64,000 nucleotides of DNA from an uncultured Chitinophagaceae bacterium. Its GTDB lineage: Bacteria > Bacteroidota > Bacteroidia > Chitinophagales > Chitinophagaceae. Shown here piece after piece: positions 11,029 through 19,670 of the stretch (the first letter of the stretch is position 1; each line of letters starts with the position of its first letter). Below the pieces are notes generated by a model that made no database searches, had not been told where the DNA came from, and saw nothing but the letters and a program-made list of their open reading frames with translations. The DNA is taken from the NCBI GenBank assembly GCA_963741705.1, contig CAVUJE010000008.1, positions 12,342 through 76,341 on the forward strand. Direction: 5' to 3'. Both the position numbers and the translations under genes were made by a program.

Positions 11029-12003
11029 TTAATAATTCCACAATCTTGTAATGTTAAACCCGATCAGGAATTGTCCACCTTTTACTTTTTTACCGGTCAC
11101 CTTATCAGTATATCCAAAAGGTGCATTGGTATTGAAAAGATTATCACGCTGCGGGCTCATGAATGAGTAGTTTCCTAAGAAGAACTGGAATGAGTGACCG
11201 CCTGTATAAAATTCAATTCCAAGAGATAAATTCGGATTCGGATTATTAGTGGCATGTTTGGTGATTGGCTGATCATAATCAAACATGATAGAAGTAACAT
11301 CGGTTATTTTGTATCTTCCTGAGAAAGAAAAAGCGAAATGATCAAAGTGCATATCTTTAAATATCACTTTTCCGCTACTGTCATTTTTTGTGTAATATCC
11401 GTCAACTGAATTTTGATGAGATACACTTAAACCACCTTGCACAGATAGTTTATCAGTGATTTTGCGTGCAACCAAAATTTGATGGAAGAAAGAGAACCGT
11501 TGAGAGTTGTATTTGAAAATTCCACCGTCAGGATCCTTTCTTGTATCATACGCCATGTTAGCGTAATAGGAAACACTTACAGGGTATTTATGCGGTGTTT
11601 GCGTAATGAGAGAATATTTTAAATTTCCGTCAAGCAGCATATTGCTTTTGGTAATTCCTACGCCCAGGTTAAGTTTGTTGATAGGAACGTAGTTTACACC
11701 AAGACGAATATTGGAAGGCGCAAAAAATCCCCAGAAATCGTCATAGCCATTGGTGACTACGCCAAACCTGTGCTGGATGTCTACTTCAAGCGATTTCTTT
11801 TGCGGAACCAAAATGGTTTGGTTGTTTAAAATCCAAATACTTTCAAAAGTATTTTTTACAGGCTTTGCTTTTACCGGTGCAGGAGTTTCTTCAACCGCGG
11901 CAGAATCCTGTGCGAAGCCGCTGCTGCTGAATGCCAACAGGCAAATGATAAGGAAGGAAGAAAAGACCCGCAACCTTGTTCCTGTGTTTATAAAACTTTT
12001 CAT
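11029..12003 (-). CDS. DUF5777 family outer-membrane beta-barrel protein (copy 1)
   Basis: Signal peptide; IQHRFG, SNIRLG, TGGHSFQFFL, terminal GFNITRLWNY beta-signal. Confidence 0.85.
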   Translation of the reverse strand: MKSFINTGTRLRVFSSFLIICLLAFSSSGFAQDSAAVEETPAPVKAKPVKNTFESIWILNNQTILVPQKKSLEVDIQHRFGVVTNGYDDFWGFFAPSNIRLGVNYVPINKLNLGVGITKSNMLLDGNLKYSLITQTPHKYPVSVSYYANMAYDTRKDPDGGIFKYNSQRFSFFHQILVARKITDKLSVQGGLSVSHQNSVDGYYTKNDSSGKVIFKDMHFDHFAFSFSGRYKITDVTSIMFDYDQPITKHATNNPNPNLSLGIEFYTGGHSFQFFLGNYSFMSPQRDNLFNTNAPFGYTDKVTGKKVKGGQFLIGFNITRLWNY

Positions 12004-12027
12004 ATTGATTTATTTTTTAAAAGTCAA

Positions 12028-12411
12028 TTAATTATTGGGAGCACCGTTTCTTATCCAGTCATACACTTTTTGCCTGTCTTTAGCGGAAGGAATATGTTCC
12101 TTCATGTCGCCGTTTATTTGAATATAGAGGATGCTTGTTTTTGGGAGATCGGTATTTATAAAACCACCGTTAACTATTTGTTTATAAGAAATGTCTGTGT
12201 TCATATAAGGTTTGTGTCCTCCATTTACGTGGCATCCGGAAAGAGCGCAACTGCTGTTGAACAAAGGAGCCAGGTCGGTTGAATAGCTTACAAATTGTGG
12301 TGGCCCATCAGGATCAACGGCTGCTTCGGGAAGTATCACATCTTTGTAACAACTGGATAAAAACAACCCCAGAGTTAAGATGAGCCCGAAAAGAATTAAT
12401 ACTCGTTTCAT
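12028..12411 (-). CDS. Small lipoprotein with CX4CH putative heme-binding motif (copy 1)
   Basis: Lipobox LSSC-YKD; VSYSTDLAPLFNSSCALSGCH; ends WIRNGAPNN (Planctomycete-type cytochrome c-like). Confidence 0.75.
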   Translation of the reverse strand: MKRVLILFGLILTLGLFLSSCYKDVILPEAAVDPDGPPQFVSYSTDLAPLFNSSCALSGCHVNGGHKPYMNTDISYKQIVNGGFINTDLPKTSILYIQINGDMKEHIPSAKDRQKVYDWIRNGAPNN

Positions 12412-12433
12412 GATAATATCTTTTTACGGTGAA

Positions 12434-13231
12434 TTATTTATTGTTGAAATTCATGTTGCACTCAATCTGCACATTATCAGCGATACTTGTGCTGGTTACT
12501 CCATAATCACGGCAATTAAACTGGAAGGTGAGTTGTAAACCAAATACATCATATGCGGAAGCAGTGCCTGCGTTAACAGTGGCTCTTCTTATATATTTTA
12601 ATTTACCAACGATGGATTCGGTAAGAGGAGCAGCTGCTGGTCCCTGCCATGTTAAGTTAAGTGTTACAATATAGTCTTCACTTAAAGGATCAAATTCTAC
12701 TTTAGTGGTTTTTATTTTGGCGATGTTGGTTAAAGTAAGATTTTGAGTGCCGGCTACTATAGGAGTGGTACCAAATGAAGACAAAAGGCAACCTCCATCT
12801 CTTCCGGGCTCGCCCGTATTTGCCTGGTTCATTTGAACATACCCGCTAAAGTAAGTTTTAGAAGGATCGTTTTCATAAAACGCCCATGAAGTATCTTTCA
12901 AGGGCTGTCCTTTAGTTGTATAGTTTTGCATCTCTGCATCGGTTACGTTGTGAATACCAAATTGATTGAAACGGCCGGTAAGTAGCCCGGCTAAACCTAC
13001 ATAATTGGTCTGCCATAATACACTGGAGTGAGCTTTATCTAATTTCCATTGTGTGGTATCACCTGTAACCATGTTTCCGGGAAGAAGAACGACGTCGCCG
13101 CGATTAATCACTACAGTGTTGGATGCAGGAGCTGGTAAAAAATCATTTTCGTGTGTGCAGCTGGTGATATACCCAAAGCCACTTAATAAAAGTAGCAGCG
13201 CCAGGAGCGTTTTGTTGCTAAAGAGTTTCAT
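12434..13231 (-). CDS. YceI-family lipoprotein
   Basis: Lipobox ITSC; WKLDKAHSSVLW, GRFN, NTGEPGRD, FNCRDYGV resemble the YceI polyisoprenoid-binding fold with insertions. Confidence 0.7.
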   Translation of the reverse strand: MKLFSNKTLLALLLLLSGFGYITSCTHENDFLPAPASNTVVINRGDVVLLPGNMVTGDTTQWKLDKAHSSVLWQTNYVGLAGLLTGRFNQFGIHNVTDAEMQNYTTKGQPLKDTSWAFYENDPSKTYFSGYVQMNQANTGEPGRDGGCLLSSFGTTPIVAGTQNLTLTNIAKIKTTKVEFDPLSEDYIVTLNLTWQGPAAAPLTESIVGKLKYIRRATVNAGTASAYDVFGLQLTFQFNCRDYGVTSTSIADNVQIECNMNFNNK

Positions 13232-13297
13232 AATTCTTTTTTTTGATAATTATTAAATATTTAACACAAAGCTATGGCTGGCATGCATTGCAATCTA

Positions 13298-13334
13298 ATG
13301 ACTCAAGTCAATGCAGGAATATGATTCAAATCAC
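13298..13334 (-). promoter_or_regulatory. Tandem ATGA-N6-TCA boxes upstream of YceI cassette
   Basis: ATGACTCAAGTCAA (13298) and ATGATTCAAATCAC (13321); minus-strand -7 element TAGCTTTG at 13267-13274. Confidence 0.7.
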
Positions 13335-13412
13335 ACTAAAAAAAGGACCAATGGTTAAGCGTAAAGGCTTGCAGTAAACCAACAAATAAGGCAGATTTTT
13401 ATTTTCAATTGT

Positions 13413-13962
13413 TTATGAGAAACTTTTAAGAAGGATATTTTTTTGCATTTCGAAATATAGAAGAGATAAAAAATACATCAGCGTAATAAATATCAAAGTG
13501 ATCAGGTTAAGCAAAAGGCTGTCTGTAAAGACTTTCATGTCATTGTGTATGATCTCTTTGCCTTGTGGCAACCTGAGTTGCATAAAAATATCTTTCAGCA
13601 AAAAGAAAAAAATTACAAGGCTGTGAATTAAACTAAAAACTGTTTTTTTACTGAAAAGCGGAATCCAGAAAAGCACCGCAAGAAGTGCAAAAATTTGGAG
13701 AAAAGGAACTTGGAATTGAGCATATAAATTTCTTATTGAAAAACCGAGGCTTAAATTTTTCAAAACCATTCCTAAATATAAAGTGCCGATAAGCGCATAC
13801 GCATACGGAAGTAGCAAAACCGCCACTTTTTTTAAAAAAGCGTTTGTGCTTTACTGTTATGGTTGTTTCTTAAGGAAAAAACAATTGTATAAATAAGCAA
13901 TAGCCCGAAAAAAATCCGAACAATTCCAGCTTTTGAATGTAGGCAAATATATCGTTACCCAT
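13413..13962 (-). CDS. Hypothetical multi-pass membrane protein (frameshifted)
   Basis: MGNDIFAYIQKLELFGFFSGY from ATG 13962 joins ORF 13413-13826 after indels; several TM helices. Confidence 0.55.
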
Positions 13963-14087
13963 AATTAATTTTGCCCTTATTTATTGGTTTACTGTGGAAA
14001 CGGCAAGAAGGATTTTGTAAGGTATAAAAAAGTACGGATTGTTTTAAACACGCACTCTTTAGGCTCATAAAGAACTATTTATTTTCT

Positions 14088-15020
14088 TTATACCAGCATT
14101 GATTCATCTTTAATTATCGGTTTTTCGAAAGTAGTTTTTTTACCAATCTTTCCAATCTTAACCAGGTTGAAAACCAGGTAAAGCAAAGTTCCCCACACGC
14201 CAATAACAATGCCATACACTGTGAATAATAGCCAGTAAGGAGTTCTAAAACGGGTAGACCATAAGGTACGTTGTTTGAAAAAACTTCGGTCAATTTCCGT
14301 GCGTACACCCCATGGAACGGTTTCTTCAACCCTTAAATTACCAACCACATCATTGTCTTCCACTTTTGCGGCAATCACATAATTGCCTTTTTCATCCCCG
14401 GGAAGACTGTCTTTTTTTAATTCTGCAGTAGCGGTGCCTGTTGAATCCGTGGTGTAAGTAGGATCATCACCAGCCGGCAGAATACTATTCATTCTCTTTA
14501 CACCAATTGCCATTTCTACATCCGGAACGGGCACCCATTCATTATTTGCATTAAGCTGCATTACTGATGCGGTGATATTTTTTACTCCATCAACGGTTGA
14601 TGTATCAAGGCTGATTTTTGCTTTAGTGATGGTGTAATCTGATAATACTTCTTCATCTCCTTCTTTTACCACAAACGTATGTTGGGGAGAAGCTTTCCAT
14701 TGTGCGCTTAACGTGATGGGAAATATAGTTTTTGCCAGCCCTTCTTCATCGGTGGTTACTTTACCAATTAGGTTATTTTGAGTACTGGAGTCGAGGTAAA
14801 TTGTATAGGTTTTATTTTCTTGCGGAGTTAAAACTCTTCCAAGCTTTGACATACTTTTTAAAAGAAGATATTGCGTGCTGTTATTGATATTAAAATACCG
14901 AAGCGATACAATACTTACAGGTTTTACTGAATCGGTTTGAGCTGCCACTTTACTATTCATTGCAATGAAGGCAAAGAACAGAAGCAGCCAATAATATTTA
15001 TTTTGATTCATCTTTTTCAT
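14088..15020 (-). CDS. Exported beta-sandwich protein with C-terminal membrane anchor
   Basis: Signal peptide, two TDxxGxA repeats, C-terminal TM helix (PYWLLFTVYG...YLVF) then basic tail; overlaps the NrfD gene end. Confidence 0.7.
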   Translation of the reverse strand: MKKMNQNKYYWLLLFFAFIAMNSKVAAQTDSVKPVSIVSLRYFNINNSTQYLLLKSMSKLGRVLTPQENKTYTIYLDSSTQNNLIGKVTTDEEGLAKTIFPITLSAQWKASPQHTFVVKEGDEEVLSDYTITKAKISLDTSTVDGVKNITASVMQLNANNEWVPVPDVEMAIGVKRMNSILPAGDDPTYTTDSTGTATAELKKDSLPGDEKGNYVIAAKVEDNDVVGNLRVEETVPWGVRTEIDRSFFKQRTLWSTRFRTPYWLLFTVYGIVIGVWGTLLYLVFNLVKIGKIGKKTTFEKPIIKDESMLV

Positions 15021-16319
15021 TTTGTTCGATTATAGTTTCGTGAATAGGTATGATAGGATAGATCCTTACAAAAAAAGTAATTACCAATAATGCGCCTGCC
15101 AGCGATCCTGCATCAATGGCCCATTCTTCCCAACTGGGGAAATAAGTCATAAAACTGGTTGGCACATTTTGCATGGGCAAAAACGGGTGTAATAAGGTAG
15201 GTGTTACTATTATATATCTTTTAAACCACGCACCTACCACCACCATAATTCCTATGATAAACATCGGAAGCGGTTTTCTTCCTTTTTTAAAAACCAGTAC
15301 CATGATGGGAATGATCATTCCTACTAAAATGGCAAACCAAAACATGGGCGCATAAGATCCAATAAATAGTTGCCTGATTAGGCCTTCTTCTGATTCTTTC
15401 ATTTTAAATGCCGGTGTCAAAAATTCATTTACATTAAAATAGAGGTAAACAAGGGCCAGCATTACCACGATCCTTCCCATTTTTTCAAAATGCATTTCGG
15501 TAATATATTTTTCCAGATGATAGTAGCGGCGAAAAACATACATGGCTACAACTACTGCGCCTGCACCGGCAAGAAAAGCGCCTGAAATAAAATAAGCGCC
15601 AAAGTTGGTGCTGTCCCATCCGGGGCGATACGTAGTGGCAAACAACCATGAAGTAACTGTGTGAATCGAGAAAGCAACGGGAATGATCAAGATACAAAGA
15701 ATGCTTATTGATTTATCGCTGATGCGAAATTGGGACTTTGGTTCCTTTCCAGAAAGATCCCTGGAAACGATAAAGCTTGTTCAATCTTTTGCCGCTCTTT
15801 TCTTTAAATTTCAAAAGGATTTTAAAATCAGGCAACAAAGGAAAATACAGTAAGAGGATACTGATAAAAAAATAAGTGCTTATCACGATCACATCCCAAA
15901 GGATTGGCGATTGAATACGGCCATGAAGAACGAGGTTCATAAATCTTTCAGGCCGCCCCATATCTACTACAATTATCAGCGCTGCAAAAACGATGGCAGA
16001 GACAGCAATTATTTCGGAAATTCTCGTGAGTGGTGTTCGCCATTTTACATTCGTGAGCCTGAAAATGGCTGTTATCAAAGATCCTACAAGACTAATGGCA
16101 ACAAAGAATACAAAGTTGGAGATGTAAATTCCCCATGAAACATAGTCACGCATGTGCGTAACTATAAGGCCATATCTTAATTGGCGGATAATAAGCAAAC
16201 AGGCCAAAAAGTGCAATAACCCCCAGGATTGCCGTCCATACCATTCCGCGTTTTCCAAATTTTTGCGGAAGAAGATCCCGGGTTATTTGTTCGGAAGTTA
16301 AAGAGATTGATTTTTCCAC
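14998..16319 (-). CDS. NrfD/PsrC-family quinol-interacting membrane subunit (split by indels)
   Basis: GTG 16319 (VEKSISLTSEQITRDLLP) joins ORFs 15713-16258 and 14998-15690; WGIYISNFVFFVAIS, DMGRPER, QSPILWD, HTVTSWLF, RPGW, YFPSWEEW. Confidence 0.9.
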
Positions 16320-16322
16320 GGC

Positions 16323-17293
16323 TTAATTAATTTTAGTTGAAAGTTTTTTTGCATCTTCATAAATATGATCAGGATTGTATTTATTCTCAAGGCCTGATTC
16401 GTAAGGGAAGTTCCGGTTTACCGGAGGCAGGTAGTAAACACTTGGTTTAGTGCCAAGATCTTCGAGCAAACTGATATCCTGGCTTTGTCTTTTATCAAAT
16501 CGCTAAAGCGGAAGGTTTCAGCGCCATTGGTTACAGAATCCTGGATCATATCACCAAACATAAATACACCGTTGGGACAGGCTGAAACGCAGTGAGGCAA
16601 TTCTCCTTTTCTTGTCATATCCGGGCAGAAATCACATTTGCCCACAGTTCCTTTTTTCTGAGGCATGCTGGTTTCGCTTGAGTAGGGTTGTTCTTTTTCT
16701 TCTTCGGTTAATATTGGTTCTTCCCAGTTAAATACACGGGTAGAATAAGGGCAGGCAGCCATACAAAAACGGCAGCCGATACAACGATCGCTGTCTATCA
16801 ATACAATTCCATCCTGCCTTTTAAAAGTTGCATCTACAGGGCAAACTTTTACGCAAGGCGGCTCATCACAATGCATACAGGTAGTGGGTTGCCAGTAGGG
16901 AGCGGTATGAGCTGATTCTTCCATGCTCAACACTTTAATCCAGTTTTGCCCGGGATGTACCTGGTGCATATGGTTACAAGCTGTTTGGCAAGCTCTTACA
17001 TTTTTACATCTTGAAAGGTCAATGACCATCACAAATTTCTTACCCGGAATACCTCTTCTGGCTTCAGTGTTTGAAACTGCAGGAAGATCGGGAACGGGTT
17101 TTAAATAAGCTTTATCCATTTCGATTACTTCGCCGTCAACAGATAACAATTTTACCATTTGGCCTGATGGTTTTATGGTTGCGCTCTCGGGTGCAAAAGG
17201 ATTGTTGCTGGTGTTGCAGCCCGCAACGGTGGCCGATGCCAGGAGTCCTGCTACCAGGAATTCTCTTCTGGATTTTGTGTTATTTTCATTCAT
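16323..17293 (-). CDS. 4Fe-4S dicluster protein, NrfC/DsrO-like, TAT lipoprotein (indel near C-terminus)
   Basis: SRREFL...VAGC; CMHCDEPPCVKVCP, CIGCRFCMAACPY, KCDFC..PHCVSACP; the shifted frame continues LLEDLGTKPSVYYLPP to TAA at 16323. Confidence 0.9.
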
Positions 17294-17303
17294 TGTAATA
17301 GTA

Positions 17304-17533
17304 TTATTTTTTTACCCATTGTTGTAATTCTTTGTCGGTTATTTTTTTACCGGGAGAAACAAGCAGTTTCTTGTCTATTTCTACCAGCTTGCCATCCTGC
17401 GTTAGCATTTTTACCGTTTGGTTTTTTTCTTTTTAGGGGATTTAATGAATCTAAAAACTGTAGCAGATGAAAGGATGGTTGCGCTCCACAACAGAAATTT
17501 TTTCCGTGATGTGGTTGGTTGTGCTTCTTGCAT
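17304..17533 (-). CDS. Small twin-arginine-like protein (about 76 aa, one indel in an A-run)
   Basis: Manual: MQEAQPTTSRKKFLLWSATILSSATVFRFIKSPK..QTVKMLTQDGKLVEIDKKLLVSPGKKITDKELQQWVKK*. Not in the ORF track. Confidence 0.65.
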
Positions 17534-17593
17534 ATTGATAATTGATTTTTAAAAGAATGATTTAAAACTACAGGCTAATGGATTTTTTAATTT

Positions 17594-17629
17594 ATGAGCT
17601 ATGCCAGTTGCCAATATGATTGTAATCAT
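17594..17629 (-). promoter_or_regulatory. Tandem boxes upstream of the TAT protein-4Fe4S-NrfD operon
   Basis: ATGAGCTATGCCAG (17594, degenerate) and ATGATTGTAATCAT (17616); -7-like TAGTTTTA at 17563-17570. Confidence 0.65.
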
Positions 17630-17643
17630 TAGCAAAAAGGCAT

Positions 17644-17674
17644 AAAAAAACAGCTCCTTTTGTGAGCTGTTTTT
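17644..17674 (-). terminator. Intrinsic terminator after cytochrome c gene
   Basis: AAAAAAACAGCTC-7nt-GAGCTGTTTTT. Confidence 0.8.
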
Positions 17675-17680
17675 CTGATT

Positions 17681-18086
17681 TTACTTCAGTGTTTTTATGA
17701 AGTTAACCAGGTTCCACCTGTCGTCATTATCAGGTAGTTTCTTTTTAAAAGAAGGCATGTCATCTCTTCCTTCAGTTATCCTGTAAAATAATTCTCCGTC
17801 AGTCTGGTTTTGTACATCTGGTTTTGTAAAATCTCCCGGATCGGTTTTCAGGGTAGAAGCCTTGGTTCCATCGCCCAGACCTTTTGATCCATGGCAGGAT
17901 TTACAGTGGGTATTCCATAATGATTTACCTGCCTTAATTGATTCTGCATTACTTGGCTATAGGGTTTTTTTGAGCTTTGGCTGCAGCAGGAACAGGCCAT
18001 GGTTTTTTTTGATCCACGGTTTTTAAGGTAAAACTGGCTACCATAAATCCGGCGACTACTGTTGCGAGTATACTTGTTGTTTTCAT
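17681..18086 (-). CDS. Monoheme c-type cytochrome (one indel)
   Basis: Manual: signal peptide MKTTSILATVVAGFMVASF, WPVP..KNPI, then shifted frame THCKSCHGSKGLGDG, TDGELFYRITEGRDDMPSF, WNLVNFIKTLK*. Not in the ORF track. Confidence 0.85.
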
Positions 18087-18177
18087 TTTTTATTATTTGT
18101 CTTTTGGTTATAAAAATTAGCTTTTTAAAACAGCTATTAATTCTAATGCAAATTATTTGATTGGGGCTGATCATTTT

Positions 18178-18213
18178 ATGACTACCATCAAAGCGGAAAA
18201 TGATTTGAATCAT
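18178..18213 (-). promoter_or_regulatory. Tandem boxes upstream of cytochrome c gene
   Basis: ATGACTACCATCAA (18178) and ATGATTTGAATCAT (18200); -7-like TAATTTGC at 18148-18155. Confidence 0.7.
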
Positions 18214-18270
18214 ATTTGCCAAGGCGCCAAGATGAAGAGTTCTTTAATGGAAATACTCTTTTGGTCAGAT

Positions 18271-18304
18271 AAGAAAGGCGCAAGTGAACACCTGCGCCTT
18301 TCTT
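18271..18304 (-). terminator. Stem-loop/terminator after DUF5777 copy 2
   Basis: AAGAAAGGCGCA...TGCGCCTTTCTT 12-bp inverted repeat. Confidence 0.8.
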
Positions 18305-18332
18305 AAAAAGTTTTATACTGTGCTTAAAATAT

Positions 18333-19226
18333 TTAGAAATTCCATAAATGTGTGATGTTAAAACCTATCACGAATTGCCCTTTTGTATAATCATTTTGAT
18401 TGAACATATTATTGCTCTGTGGCACGATACTATAATAATTTCCGGCAAATACCTGGAAGGCATGAGAACTGGTGGTAGTTTCAAAACCAAGAGAGATATT
18501 TGGGTGAGGATTATTGGTTGGATGCTGCGTTAAGGGTTGGTCGTAACCAACGGTAATTGCAGATTTTTCAGATATTTTATACCGGCCTGCAGCAGATATA
18601 GCAAAATGATAATTATGCATTTTTTCTAAAATGGCTCCCTTGGTGTTTACATAAGCTTCCACATTGTTGAACCATGAGAAACTTGGCGCCACTTGTATAG
18701 ATATTTTTTCACTTATTTTTCTGGCTATGATCAACTGGTTAAAAAATGAAAACCTGTCTACACTATTTCTAAAATTGCTTTTATCTCTTGCATCTATCAC
18801 TACATTTCCAAAATAAGTTACGCTAACCGGCATTTGGGTAGGTGTTTGTTGCAGCAGGGCATATTTAGCCAGCATATCTACCTGCATCCTTTCTTTCGTA
18901 ACGCCGGCACCCACCATCAGTTTGTTGAGGGGAGCATAGGTTAGTCCTATCCTGATATTGGATGGTGCAAATATTCCGTAAAGATCTTTTTTACCATTGT
19001 CTACCGTTCCAAACCTATGTTGGATAGCCATTTCCAACGTGCCTTTTATCGGCACCATTACCGATTGATTGTCCATAATGTATACACTTCCAAAAGTGTA
19101 TTTTACCGGTTTAATCTTTTTAACTACCGGGGACTCGGTTGAATCCTGGGCAAACAGATTTCCGGCCAACGCGAGTAAGAAAAACGTTGCCACAAGTGGC
19201 GCCAGGTATTTATTATAATTTTTCAT
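18333..19226 (-). CDS. DUF5777 family outer-membrane beta-barrel protein (copy 2)
   Basis: Start MKNYNKYL at 19226; IQHRFG, FAPSNIRIG, TSSHAFQVF, GFNITHLWNF; clear paralog of 11029-12003. Confidence 0.85.
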   Translation of the reverse strand: MKNYNKYLAPLVATFFLLALAGNLFAQDSTESPVVKKIKPVKYTFGSVYIMDNQSVMVPIKGTLEMAIQHRFGTVDNGKKDLYGIFAPSNIRIGLTYAPLNKLMVGAGVTKERMQVDMLAKYALLQQTPTQMPVSVTYFGNVVIDARDKSNFRNSVDRFSFFNQLIIARKISEKISIQVAPSFSWFNNVEAYVNTKGAILEKMHNYHFAISAAGRYKISEKSAITVGYDQPLTQHPTNNPHPNISLGFETTTSSHAFQVFAGNYYSIVPQSNNMFNQNDYTKGQFVIGFNITHLWNF

Positions 19227-19236
19227 TTTTTCATTT

Positions 19237-19629
19237 TTAATTGTTATTTGCACCTTGTTTAATCCATGCAAGAATAAGTGCTGCGTATTCTTTATTTACT
19301 CCGCTTACAGGCATTGGTGTACCACGTTTTCCGGTCATCTTTTCATAAATAATACTGCTTTCAGGCGCACTCTTGGAATAATAGTTGCCAATGGTAAGGG
19401 CGCTAAGTGCATTTGTCTCTGTGAGCGTGGGTGTTTGACCTCCGGAACTATGGCAGCCCGTTGTGTTGCAGCTTTGGTTAAATATGGGTACAATGTCTTT
19501 GGAAAAGCTTACAGTCTTCGTTATCGCTGCCACGTCAACAGGCACAGTTTTATCTTTATAACAGCCAGCGAGTATGAAAAGAGTTGCGGAGAAGAATACA
19601 AAAATGGCAACTGTTTTTTTATGTAACAT
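19237..19629 (-). CDS. Small lipoprotein with CX4CH putative heme-binding motif (copy 2)
   Basis: Lipobox LAGC-YKD; VSFSKDIVPIFNQSCNTTGCH, PMP, WIKQGANNN; paralog of 12028-12411. Confidence 0.75.
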   Translation of the reverse strand: MLHKKTVAIFVFFSATLFILAGCYKDKTVPVDVAAITKTVSFSKDIVPIFNQSCNTTGCHSSGGQTPTLTETNALSALTIGNYYSKSAPESSIIYEKMTGKRGTPMPVSGVNKEYAALILAWIKQGANNN

Positions 19630-19670
19630 AGTCTTTTATTTTAGGTGAATTATCTTCACTTTGCCATTGT

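Noticed and set aside
17848-18222. 124-aa ORF in the ORF track
   Set aside because: A shadow frame overlapping the frameshifted cytochrome c gene and its promoter.
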